The notes below the pieces were generated by a model. The model did not search any database and was not told where the DNA came from. It saw only the letters and a list, made by a program, of their open reading frames with translations. From positions 288,001 to 352,000 of the forward strand of contig JBHYGA010000004.1 in NCBI GenBank assembly GCA_051859245.1: a stretch of 64,000 nucleotides of DNA, read 5' to 3'. Positions 19,468 to 28,729 of this stretch are shown here, piece after piece. The translations under genes were made by a program, and so were the position numbers. This stretch comes from Gemmatimonadaceae bacterium. Lineage in GTDB: Bacteria > Gemmatimonadota > Gemmatimonadetes > Gemmatimonadales > Gemmatimonadaceae. Positions within the stretch are counted from its first letter, which is position 1, and every line of letters starts with the position of its first letter.

Positions 19468-21081
19468 ATGCATACTCCCACTGCTCCCCGGTCTCGTGCA
19501 TCGCTCGTTCGGGCGGCGCTGCTGCTCATTGCGTTGCCCATCGCGTTGCCAAGCGCGTCGCTGCTCGCACAACCGGCCTCCGCGCGTCCACTGCACTCCA
19601 TAATTCCGGTACCGGTTGACGTTGACCTCGACGACACGCGCCGATTCACCATCACTGATTCCACCGCGGTGATCATTGCCAGTGATGCCGACCAAGACGT
19701 GGAACGTGTGGGCCGTCAACTCGCGACCATGCTTGGCCCTGGCGCACCGCGCACCGCGCGTCGACTGCCGCCGCGTCTCGATGCACCGCCCGGCGCGATT
19801 CGGTTACATCTGGATCCGGATGACGACGATAGAGGCGCAGAAGGTTACAAACTTGAAATCCGCGCTGAAGGCATCCGTATTGTGGCGCGTGAAGTTGCCG
19901 GCTTGTTCTATGGCGTGCAAACGCTGCGTCAGCTGATGCCACCGGCGATTGAACATCGCGCGGCGCTGACACGAGGTCTCAGTGTGCCACTCGGCACCAT
20001 CACCGATGAGCCGCGCTATCGCTGGCGCGGTGCCATGCTCGATGTCGCGCGTCACTTCCTGCCACTGGACGACGTCAAAAAATACATCGACGTGATGGCG
20101 CTCTACAAACTCAACGTGCTGCACTTGCACCTGGCCGACGATCAAGGCTGGCGCATTGAGATCATGTCACGGCCAAACCTCACCCGACACGGCGGCAGTT
20201 CACAGGTGGGCGGTGGACCAGGCGGCTTCTACACACAGGCGCAGTATTCAGAGCTTGTAGAGTATGCGCAGGCGCGACAGGTCATGATCGTGCCGGAAAT
20301 TGATATGCCTGGTCACACCAATGCGGCGCTGGCCAGTTATCCGGAACTGAATTGCGACGGAGTTGCACCACCGCTGTACACCGGCATTCGCGTGGGCTTC
20401 AGCGCGCTCTGTCCTGGCAAGGAATCCACGTACACGTTTGTCACCGACGTGGTGCGTGAACTCGCCGCGCTCACACCTGGCCCGTATTTGCATCTCGGCG
20501 GCGACGAAGTGGAGAAGCTCACGCACGATGAGTATCTACGCTTCATCGAACGCGTGGAAGGCATTGTGCGCGCAGAGGGCAAGAACATGATCGGGTGGGG
20601 CGAGATTTCGCCGGCCAATCTTGATGCGAGTACGGTGGTGCAGCATTGGCGGAACGACGCGCGTGGCAGTCGCGACTCTTCCTTTCTTCACGCAGCGCGC
20701 GGCGGATCGATCATTCTCTCCCCCGGCAATCGTGTATATCTCGATATGAAATACGACGCGAGCACGGTGCTTGGCCTCAAGTGGGCCGGACTCATTTCCG
20801 TGCGGCACGCGTACTCGTGGGAGCCCGACACGTTTCTCACGGGCGTGCGCGGCGAAGCGGTGCTGGGTGTGGAAGCGCCGCTCTGGGCCGAGACGCTAGA
20901 GAAGCGCAGCGATTATGAGTTTCTCGCCTTTCCGCGTCTCATGGCCGTGGCGGAACTCGGATGGAGTCGCGAGAACAAGCGCAGCTGGGACGGTTTTCGT
21001 GTGCGGCTCGCGGAGCATGGTCCGCGGCTGCAGGCGATTGGTGTGAACTTCTATCGGTCGCCGGAAATTCCGTGGCGATAA
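19468..21081 (+). CDS. Beta-N-acetylhexosaminidase (GH20)
   Basis: RGAMLDVARHF, HLADDQGWR, PEIDMPGH, HLGGDE; signal peptide. Confidence 0.95.
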   Translation: MHTPTAPRSRASLVRAALLLIALPIALPSASLLAQPASARPLHSIIPVPVDVDLDDTRRFTITDSTAVIIASDADQDVERVGRQLATMLGPGAPRTARRLPPRLDAPPGAIRLHLDPDDDDRGAEGYKLEIRAEGIRIVAREVAGLFYGVQTLRQLMPPAIEHRAALTRGLSVPLGTITDEPRYRWRGAMLDVARHFLPLDDVKKYIDVMALYKLNVLHLHLADDQGWRIEIMSRPNLTRHGGSSQVGGGPGGFYTQAQYSELVEYAQARQVMIVPEIDMPGHTNAALASYPELNCDGVAPPLYTGIRVGFSALCPGKESTYTFVTDVVRELAALTPGPYLHLGGDEVEKLTHDEYLRFIERVEGIVRAEGKNMIGWGEISPANLDASTVVQHWRNDARGSRDSSFLHAARGGSIILSPGNRVYLDMKYDASTVLGLKWAGLISVRHAYSWEPDTFLTGVRGEAVLGVEAPLWAETLEKRSDYEFLAFPRLMAVAELGWSRENKRSWDGFRVRLAEHGPRLQAIGVNFYRSPEIPWR

Positions 21082-21098
21082 ACGCGACTCGCGGGTGA

Positions 21099-21122
21099 GC
21101 GGCACGCCTTGATGCGTGCCGC
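21099..21122. terminator. Hairpin between convergent genes
   Basis: GCGGCACGC-CTTGAT-GCGTGCCGC. Confidence 0.5.
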
Positions 21123-21142
21123 CACGCCGAGTGAATCAGTTG

Positions 21143-23020
21143 TTATTTCGGAATCCTGTACACGAACGGCTGCTGCACCAACTGCTTGACCATCTTGCCC
21201 CCTACTTCGGCCGGAAGGAAGCGAATCTCAGCGAGTGCGGTGCGCGCAGATTCGGTGAAGAGCTCATGATCGGAGCGAAGCACGCGGAACGTGCTGAGAT
21301 CTGCCACACCCGACTCGTCGACAACAAAACTCACGAGCACTTCGCCCTCCACCTCCGCTGCCCGAAGCAATGGCGGATAGACAACTTTCGACTGGCCGGG
21401 GCGCATTGCCGCTGGCTTCTCCACCTGGAACTCAAAGAACGCATCGGCCGGCTTGTTGGCGGCTGACACCTCATCAATCGGGCTTCCAGACGGCAGCCTC
21501 GGAACGGAAATCGCGTACGGCACGAAGCGACGTGGTAGTGTGCGCTTCGCACTATCGGTGCTCACATCAGATGCATCGAGCGGCTGCACGCTTCTCGGCT
21601 GTGATGCCTTGCTGGAACTCGCACCTTGTTGATTCGCCAGGTTGAACACAAACGGCTGCTGCACCAACTGCTTCACACGCTTACCACCAACTTCAGCCGG
21701 CGTGTAGGTGAAGTTTGGCAGCGCCTCGCGCACGGCGTTTGTGAACAGCTCGTGATCTGACTTGAGCACTTTGAACGTGCTCTGATCCACCACACCCTGT
21801 TCGTCTACCACAAAACTTGCCAAGACCGCACCTTCAACCTGCGCGCTGCGCAACATGGGCGGATACTGCATCTTCCCGCCGGTGATCATGGAGACCGGCT
21901 TCTCCACCTGAAACTCGAAGTACGGTTTGGGTTCCGATGACGCCGGAAGCACGACAGCCGTACTTGCACTATCCACACGCGTCTGCACCGCCGATGTTTG
22001 ATTCTGCGGCTCAGGCGCCAGTGCGTTGCCCGGAATTCGCGTCCCACACGCCGCCGCGATCGCGAGCACCGCGCCGCCGCCCAGCGCAAACCGCACCGTA
22101 CGCGATGATTTTTTTACTCCCTGTTGCATGGCCACAATCCTCCGACTCAGATGGGAACGGGATGCGGCCAGCGAACTCGCCAACCGAAGGTGCGACGCGG
22201 GCGCCGCGTGTTGCTGCGTCATGAAAAGCAGCAGTTTTGCGTAGACCAGTGGATCACCGCCGTGTTGCAGCGTGCGCACATCGCAATCAAGTTCGAGCGC
22301 CAGACGCAGTCGCCGCGACAACCACCACACACCGGGATTCCACGGCATCAGCGCCGTAGCAAGCGCCGCGCTCCACACGAACCGTGGGTCACCGGATTCG
22401 CAGTGTTCGCGCTCGTGACGCAACACCAACGTTCGCAGCGGAGCGTCAAGCGCGAGCACCCACTGCGGCAGCACAATGCGTGGAGCGCGCACACCAACAG
22501 ACGCGGGTCCAAACCCCTCGGCGAGCAGCACGTCGTGCTCATCAACTGATGTGCGCGTTGCAGTGCGCGTGAGATCATGAATGCGGCGCGCGGCGAGCAG
22601 CAGTCGCACCAGCAGTACCACGCTCAACAACGCCCACAGCGTCAGCGTTACGGGCACGATCCACGGCACACGCTCGACAAGCGCCAACGACGCACGTTCT
22701 GTTACCAACGGCAGCGTACTCAACGCGTGCGAAGCGCGTTCAATCCAGCTCACGGCTGGTGCGTCGAACGACGCACCAATCGCGGGAGCAAGTGCACCGC
22801 CACGAATTGGCGACGCCACAGGGCTCGCCACCTCTGGCCACAACAAGGGCCGCATGACGGGAACCACAAGCGGCCACGTGACCGCGATGGCGAGCGCCGC
22901 AGCCCACACGCCGCGTGTTGAACGCCGCTGTGCGTATCGCAACCGGTCCACGGCGTAGGCGGCCGCACCAACGCAGAGCGTGAATACGCACGCCATGATC
23001 ATCCAGGAGAGCAGCATCAC
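21143..23020 (-). CDS. BlaR1-like M56 metallopeptidase fused to two TonB C-terminal domains
   Basis: HEREH zinc motif, WNP.VWW, ELDCD; two repeats of FEFQVEKP..YPP.LR.A.VEG.V..FVVD..KQLVQQPF. Confidence 0.9.
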   Translation of the reverse strand: MMLLSWMIMACVFTLCVGAAAYAVDRLRYAQRRSTRGVWAAALAIAVTWPLVVPVMRPLLWPEVASPVASPIRGGALAPAIGASFDAPAVSWIERASHALSTLPLVTERASLALVERVPWIVPVTLTLWALLSVVLLVRLLLAARRIHDLTRTATRTSVDEHDVLLAEGFGPASVGVRAPRIVLPQWVLALDAPLRTLVLRHEREHCESGDPRFVWSAALATALMPWNPGVWWLSRRLRLALELDCDVRTLQHGGDPLVYAKLLLFMTQQHAAPASHLRLASSLAASRSHLSRRIVAMQQGVKKSSRTVRFALGGGAVLAIAAACGTRIPGNALAPEPQNQTSAVQTRVDSASTAVVLPASSEPKPYFEFQVEKPVSMITGGKMQYPPMLRSAQVEGAVLASFVVDEQGVVDQSTFKVLKSDHELFTNAVREALPNFTYTPAEVGGKRVKQLVQQPFVFNLANQQGASSSKASQPRSVQPLDASDVSTDSAKRTLPRRFVPYAISVPRLPSGSPIDEVSAANKPADAFFEFQVEKPAAMRPGQSKVVYPPLLRAAEVEGEVLVSFVVDESGVADLSTFRVLRSDHELFTESARTALAEIRFLPAEVGGKMVKQLVQQPFVYRIPK

Positions 23021-23427
23021 TCACCCTCCGCTTTGTAGGGCGACTGCTTCTCCGGTGACGACGAGGCGCGGTTCAACTTGCGCGCCAGTCGCGCCAGTTC
23101 CTCGGGCGAGACATCGTGCTGTTCAACCAGCCGCGAGATCAGCGCTTCCGGTGACCCGCCAAACAACTGACTCACCAGTCGCGAGAGCGCGTTCTGCTGC
23201 GCCGCCTGCTGCGCCACGCGCGGATAGTAGCGATGCGCGCGTCCTTCTTCTTCCCGCGTGACGTACTGCTTGGCCTCCAGGTTGCGCAGCACCGTGAGCA
23301 CGGTGGTGTAAGCGAGCGGCACGCCAAGGTGTTCAAGCACCTCGGTCACCGTACCGGAGCCGAGCTCCCAGAGTACGGCCATGACATCGAGTTCCCGCTC
23401 ACCGAGCGGTGTGAGATCAACCACCAT
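23017..23427 (-). CDS. BlaI/MecI/CopY-family transcriptional repressor
   Basis: LGERELDVMAVLW, LAYTTVLTVLRNLEAK, LFGGSPEAL; ATGA overlap with the M56 gene. Confidence 0.93.
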   Translation of the reverse strand: MVVDLTPLGERELDVMAVLWELGSGTVTEVLEHLGVPLAYTTVLTVLRNLEAKQYVTREEEGRAHRYYPRVAQQAAQQNALSRLVSQLFGGSPEALISRLVEQHDVSPEELARLARKLNRASSSPEKQSPYKAEGE

Positions 23428-23457
23428 GGGGACAGCCTCCTGTGCTGGACGGCCAAT

Positions 23458-23515
23458 TACTACCTGCATAGTAGTGTGTCACCTTCGGCCGGGTTTGTCA
23501 ACTATTGTCCTAGTA
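23458..23515. promoter_or_regulatory. Two putative BlaI operators
   Basis: TACTA-N6-TAGTA (23458-23473) and AACTA-N6-TAGTA (23500-23515), 42 bp apart. Confidence 0.65.
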
Positions 23516-23572
23516 GACAGCGTCGCCAGACGCGCGGCTAGCGCTTTGCCCCGCCGAGGGGTATTCGTGGGC

Positions 23573-24577
23573 ATGCTCTCCCACACTTCGCGTTCCCGCG
23601 TCTCGGCACGCGCCTTCCGGGCGTGGCTAATCAGCGCCGCAACACTCGGCGCAATTTCGGCAGCCTCTCCGCGCGCCCAATCGCAGGCCGGGACTGCGCC
23701 ACGGACGACGGCACCATCGGCGACAGCCCGGCCGACATCTGCACAGCCGCCACGCGCCGATACGGTCGACATGCGCGGCCGCGTGGCGCTCGTCACCGGT
23801 TCGACAGATGGTCTTGGACGAGAAGTCGCACGCGCGCTCGCCGCGCGAGGCGCCCATGTGATTGTTCACGGTCGCAACGTGGAACGCGGACGTGAGCTGG
23901 TGCAAGAACTCACCGCTGCGCGCGCTGGCAGTGCCCGATTCTTCGCCGCCGATTTTGCGTCACTCGACGCCGTGCGCGCCCTCGCCGATAGCGTGCGTAC
24001 GAATTATCCACGCGTACATCTGCTGGTGAACAACGCCGGTATTCGCCTCGCCGATCGGTCGCCCAAACAAACGAGCGTTGAAGGTCACGAGCTGCACTTC
24101 GCCGTGAACTATCTCGCGGGCTATCTGCTCACCGAGCTGCTGCTCACGCGTCTGCGCGAGAGTGCACCATCGCGCATCGTGTTCGTCGCCTCCCGCACAC
24201 AGCAACCGATCGACTTTGCGAACGTGATGCTCAACGGCAACTACTCCAGCGGACGCGGTTACGCGCAGAGCAAACTGGCGCAGATTATCTACGCGCAGGA
24301 TCTCGCCGAACGTGTAAAGCGCGACAACATCGTGGTGTACGCCGTACACCCGGCCGGCGTCATGAACACCAACATGATGCTCTCAATCGGCGCCACACCG
24401 CGCAGCACCGTGGAACAGGGGCTGGCGTCCACCATGCAGGCGATCACGACAAAGAGCGCACCAAGCGGCACCTACTTTTTCGAATCCACGATCGCCACAC
24501 CAAACGCTCAGGCAGCCGACACCGCCGCAAGACGCCGCCTGCGCGAACTCAGTCAATCACTGACCGGCATTCCGTAA
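23573..24577 (+). CDS. Short-chain dehydrogenase/reductase with N-terminal signal-like extension
   Basis: TGSTDGLG, NNAG, YAQSK catalytic motif. Confidence 0.88.
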   Translation: MLSHTSRSRVSARAFRAWLISAATLGAISAASPRAQSQAGTAPRTTAPSATARPTSAQPPRADTVDMRGRVALVTGSTDGLGREVARALAARGAHVIVHGRNVERGRELVQELTAARAGSARFFAADFASLDAVRALADSVRTNYPRVHLLVNNAGIRLADRSPKQTSVEGHELHFAVNYLAGYLLTELLLTRLRESAPSRIVFVASRTQQPIDFANVMLNGNYSSGRGYAQSKLAQIIYAQDLAERVKRDNIVVYAVHPAGVMNTNMMLSIGATPRSTVEQGLASTMQAITTKSAPSGTYFFESTIATPNAQAADTAARRRLRELSQSLTGIP

Positions 24578-24602
24578 ACCGGTCCCCTTCCATCTGTTGC
24601 AC

Positions 24603-24625
24603 TTCTTCGCGTCCTTCGCGAAGAA
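24603..24625. repeat. Short hairpin related to the CGCGAA-unit repeat family, between convergent genes
   Basis: TTCTTCGCG-TCCTT-CGCGAAGAA flanked by CTGTTGC/AACAGC. Confidence 0.5.
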
Positions 24626-24636
24626 CAGCAAAAGAA

Positions 24637-25131
24637 TTACTGCTCGTCTGCCGACGGTCCATACAATCCCGGCACCGGGATATCGAGTAAGCGCAGATAC
24701 ACCACCAGCTGCGCACGATGATGAATGATGTGGTTGAACACCATGCTGCGCAGACACTGCACACGCGGCATCGACAACAGCACGTGACCACCCTGTCGTA
24801 ACTCCCACGTCACGCTCATCAACTCGTCATTCGTGGCCGCCAGCGCCGCCTTGCCGGCGGTCACGTACTTGTCGAGACGCGCCACCAGCTCCTCAGGCGT
24901 CGAAAATCCTGCCGGCCGGTATTCGCCCTTGGCAAAATCGAGTTCCGTCTTGTTCAGCACCTCGGAAATCCACTGGTGCATCTCGGCCACGTGCACCGCA
25001 AGCGGGCCCAGCGCGAACGACTTCGGATGTGGCTTGAAATCCGCTTTGTCAGCGGGCACCAGGGCCAACACCTTCCGCGTGTTTGATGCTTCGTGCTCGA
25101 GTTCGCCAAGGAACGCGTGATTTTGCCCCAA
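24637..25131 (-). CDS. DinB/YfiT-family protein
   Basis: FKPHPKS, HIIHHRAQLVVYLRLLDIPVPGLYGPSADE; TTG start. Confidence 0.9.
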   Translation of the reverse strand: MGQNHAFLGELEHEASNTRKVLALVPADKADFKPHPKSFALGPLAVHVAEMHQWISEVLNKTELDFAKGEYRPAGFSTPEELVARLDKYVTAGKAALAATNDELMSVTWELRQGGHVLLSMPRVQCLRSMVFNHIIHHRAQLVVYLRLLDIPVPGLYGPSADEQ

Positions 25132-25163
25132 GAGAATGCTCCAGTCGTAGTGAGATGGTGTAA

Positions 25164-26171
25164 TCAGTTCGGCAACGGCTTGAGACCGGCTTCAATCGCC
25201 GCACGACGCGGCTCAAGAAACGGCGGCAGTGCGAGTCGATCGCCGAGCGTGCGTGGATCTTCGTCGGCGGAGAAGCCCGGGCCATCGGTCGCCAGCTCGA
25301 ACAATGTACCGCCCGGCTCGCGGAAATAGAGCGACTCAAAGTAGTAGCGCTCAACGAGTCCGGAATTCGGCACACCCAGTGACGTGAGATGTGACAACCA
25401 CGCCTGCTGCGCCGAGTGATCGGTTACGCGGAACGCGACGTGATGTACTCCGCCAAAACCCTGTACCGCACGCGGCAGGTCGGAGCGTGGCAGCACATGC
25501 ACCTCGGCCGACGCGCCACCGGGTCCCATGGAATATACCGATATTTCGCGGGCCGCAGAATCCGGATCGGCATAACGCCCGGCCTCTGTCATGCCCATGA
25601 CCGCGGTCAGAAACCGCGCGGTTGGCTCCAGCGAGCGCACGTGCAACACAACGGGACCTAGTCCGAGAATGGCGTGTTCACGCGGCACCGGCGCCGTCTT
25701 CCACCATTCGCGCTCCGCCTGCTCCAGCTCGGCGGTGGCCGCATCGGCTGGCGCCGTCGCGTTGGCGTCAACAATCAGCGCAAAGGGTTGCCCCTCCGCA
25801 TCAGAAAAGCGCAACGCCGGTCGACCGGCGCGCGTGGTACGCCCACGAACGATCATGCGGCCGTCGGCACGCAAACGGGCTTCCCACCAGTCGAGCGTCG
25901 CCTCGGAGGGAATCCGCAGCCCGGTCTCTGCCACTTCGCCGGTACCCGGCTGGCGCTTGGGTACATGGCTCCACTCAAAGAATGTGAGCTCGGTGCCGGG
26001 ACGACCGATGGCGTCACCATAAAACAGGTGGTACGCGGACACGTCGTCCTGATTGACGGTGCGCTTGACGAGCCGCATACCCAGCACATCGCGCGCCATG
26101 CTCAGGTTGGCGCCCGCGCGGGCCGTGACTGCGGTGAGATGATGCAAACCGCCGAGGGCGGGAGCGTTCAT
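25164..26171 (-). CDS. Ring-cleaving dioxygenase / glyoxalase (MhqO-like VOC)
   Basis: GLHHLTA, KRTVNQDD..YHLFYG, VHHVAFR, YFESLYFREPGG.LFELATDGPGF. Confidence 0.92.
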   Translation of the reverse strand: MNAPALGGLHHLTAVTARAGANLSMARDVLGMRLVKRTVNQDDVSAYHLFYGDAIGRPGTELTFFEWSHVPKRQPGTGEVAETGLRIPSEATLDWWEARLRADGRMIVRGRTTRAGRPALRFSDAEGQPFALIVDANATAPADAATAELEQAEREWWKTAPVPREHAILGLGPVVLHVRSLEPTARFLTAVMGMTEAGRYADPDSAAREISVYSMGPGGASAEVHVLPRSDLPRAVQGFGGVHHVAFRVTDHSAQQAWLSHLTSLGVPNSGLVERYYFESLYFREPGGTLFELATDGPGFSADEDPRTLGDRLALPPFLEPRRAAIEAGLKPLPN

Positions 26172-26247
26172 AAGTTTACTCCGAAAAGGGATATATCACA
26201 GTACTGAGATATTATCTCCAGAGCAAGGGTCATGATACCCTCGGCGC

Positions 26248-27288
26248 TCAGCAACCAGTCAGTGCACTTTCCCAGCGCACACGCCACGACGCACCCACCC
26301 GTTCCAGCAGAGCCAACGACGTGCCCGAACCATCGTCTCGGCCAACCACCAGCGTGATCCGCCGGCTACCACCCACCAGTCGAAATGCCGCCAGCGGTTC
26401 GCTGGCAATCACTTCTTCCTCCCGACCGCTGGCTCGCTCAAACCACACCGCGGTCCAGCTCTTCGGATTCGGGTTCACGGTGGATACTAGAATGAGCACG
26501 CGCTCCTCGAGCGGACGGTCCTCCTGCGGAATACGCCGCACCAGCACACCAACGGCAAAACCGTCGTTCGCAGCCGCGCTATCGCTCGCACTGGCCGAGC
26601 GATACGCACGCAGGACGGTAAACGGCAAGCCACGAAACGCGCTGCCGCTGTCTTCCTCAAGCGCCGAAGCCGCACGGGTGAGCGCCGCTGCCAGCACCGA
26701 CGAATCGCGTGATGGGAGCGCTTCAATCGAGTCAAGCGGAATGGCCGACACGCGTCCCGCTGGTAGAGCCACCAACCATCGAGCGCCAATCGGTACGCCG
26801 GGCGCCAACGCTACGCGCGCCATGGGCCACGTAGCGCATCCGTTTGCGGTGCTGGCCGTGGCCAAGGCCGCGTCTACCCGAACTATGCCGTCGCCCAACA
26901 GACCAGCGCGTGAGAACAGTTGTACCGCACCCGGACCCACGCGCTCGCGCAAACCTGTTGTGTCGCTTGGGATCGCGTCCGGCGCAATTAATGGACTCAG
27001 CAACGTGGCCAACTCTCGATCACTGGCCTCACCAACAACGGGCAGCAGCAGGATGTCTCCCAGTGCCGGATCATACGTGGACTCAAGTGTGGTGAGCTCA
27101 ACGCTGTCCATCGCCGTGTCCAAAACCGCCACGGAATCTGCTGCCGGCGTTTCCTCACGTGTCGCGTCGGAACAAGCCGCGACCGACACGCCGAGCGCTG
27201 CGGCGAGCGTTGCGCGCAGCAGCAGCGCACGAGACGACGGGAAAAATACACAACCTAGGCTGGACTTCGCGTGAGTAAGCACGGACAC
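26248..27288 (-). CDS. Hypothetical lipoprotein
   Basis: Lipobox VAAC; long ORF with normal composition; start uncertain. Confidence 0.7.
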   Translation of the reverse strand: MSVLTHAKSSLGCVFFPSSRALLLRATLAAALGVSVAACSDATREETPAADSVAVLDTAMDSVELTTLESTYDPALGDILLLPVVGEASDRELATLLSPLIAPDAIPSDTTGLRERVGPGAVQLFSRAGLLGDGIVRVDAALATASTANGCATWPMARVALAPGVPIGARWLVALPAGRVSAIPLDSIEALPSRDSSVLAAALTRAASALEEDSGSAFRGLPFTVLRAYRSASASDSAAANDGFAVGVLVRRIPQEDRPLEERVLILVSTVNPNPKSWTAVWFERASGREEEVIASEPLAAFRLVGGSRRITLVVGRDDGSGTSLALLERVGASWRVRWESALTGC

Positions 27289-27358
27289 TAATCTGCTCGC
27301 AACAGCCCCTATTTGTTAGCGGCTCTCCATTACTGCACGTTACTTCAGCCCCTTTCCA

Positions 27359-28726
27359 ATGTCCGCTACTCCTGCGCCTAAGCGACGACTGCTTGAGACA
27401 CTGGGTCTTCATCGACCGGAGTTGCGCGCGTGGGCCATGTATGACTGGGGCATCTCTGCGGCACAAACCACGATCATGACGGCAGTCTTTCCGATCTTTT
27501 TTGTGTCGTACGCGGGCGCGGGCATGGCGGATACGAAAGCCACGGAAACGTGGGGCATTGCGAATACCGTAGGCGCCGTGCTGATCGCCATTCTCGCGCC
27601 ACTGCTCGGAGCCGTCGCCGACTACAAAGCGGCCAAGAAACGATTTCTCACGCTGTTCATGATTCTGGGTGTTGGCGCCACGATGAGCATGTTCTTCATC
27701 GGACAGGGGCAGATCATACTGGCGTCGGTGTTGTTCATTATCACGCTGGCTGGTGCCACGGGCAGCATGACGTTTTACGAAGCGCTGTTGCCGCACATTG
27801 CGTCGAGCGACGAAATCGATCGTGTATCAACAGCGGGATACGCCTTCGGATATGTGGGCGGCGGACTGTTGCTCGCGCTCAATCTGTTGTGGATTCAACA
27901 ACCGGGAATGTTCGGCCTGCCGAGCGGTGAAGGGCTTACGCCAGAGCAGGCGTCGTTGCCCGCACGTCTCGCGTTTGTGAGTGTTGGTGTGTGGTGGCTT
28001 TTGTTCTCGCTGCCCATTCTGCGTCGCGTGCCAGAACCGCAGCGCACACTCGAAGCCGACGAACAGCCAGGAGCCAGCGCCTTTCGCATTGCGTTCTCCC
28101 GTCTTGGCGAAACGGTGCGCGAACTGCGCGGATACAAACAGGCGTTTCTGATGATGCTGGCGTTTACCATCTACAACGATGGCATTCAAACCATTATCAA
28201 GATGGCCACCGTGTACGGCGCAGAAATCGGTATTGGCCAGAGTGATCTGATCACGGCCATTCTGTTGGTGCAATTCATTGGCATTCCCTGCGCCTTCGCA
28301 TTTGGCGCCATCGCCGGAAAAATTGGTGCCAAGCGCTCCGTGTTTATTGGTCTCACGGTGTACACGGGCATTTGCATTTTTGCGTACTTCATGAAGTCCG
28401 CACGCGAGTTCTACATTCTGGCCATTCTGGTGGGACTCGTGCAGGGCGGCACCCAGGCACTCAGTCGGTCCATGTTTGCCACGCTGATTCCCAAGCATAA
28501 AAGCGGCGAGTTCTTCGGATTTTTTTCCGTGTTTGAAAAGTTCGGTGGCATTCTCGGCCCACTCGTGTTCGCCGTCGTCATCAATCAGTTCCAGTCAAGT
28601 CAGTTGGCGATTCTCAGCGTGATCGTGTTCTTCATCGCCGGTGGCCTGCTGCTGCTCGGCGTTGATATGGAAGAAGGGGAGCGCACTGCCCGAGCGGCTG
28701 AGGCCAGCGTGCGCGCCGTGAGCTGA
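27359..28726 (+). CDS. MFS transporter, UMF1/ATG22 (YxiO-like) family
   Basis: AWAMYDW, GYVGG, GGTQALSRS, EFFGFF. Confidence 0.92.
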   Translation: MSATPAPKRRLLETLGLHRPELRAWAMYDWGISAAQTTIMTAVFPIFFVSYAGAGMADTKATETWGIANTVGAVLIAILAPLLGAVADYKAAKKRFLTLFMILGVGATMSMFFIGQGQIILASVLFIITLAGATGSMTFYEALLPHIASSDEIDRVSTAGYAFGYVGGGLLLALNLLWIQQPGMFGLPSGEGLTPEQASLPARLAFVSVGVWWLLFSLPILRRVPEPQRTLEADEQPGASAFRIAFSRLGETVRELRGYKQAFLMMLAFTIYNDGIQTIIKMATVYGAEIGIGQSDLITAILLVQFIGIPCAFAFGAIAGKIGAKRSVFIGLTVYTGICIFAYFMKSAREFYILAILVGLVQGGTQALSRSMFATLIPKHKSGEFFGFFSVFEKFGGILGPLVFAVVINQFQSSQLAILSVIVFFIAGGLLLLGVDMEEGERTARAAEASVRAVS

Positions 28727-28729
28727 GTC

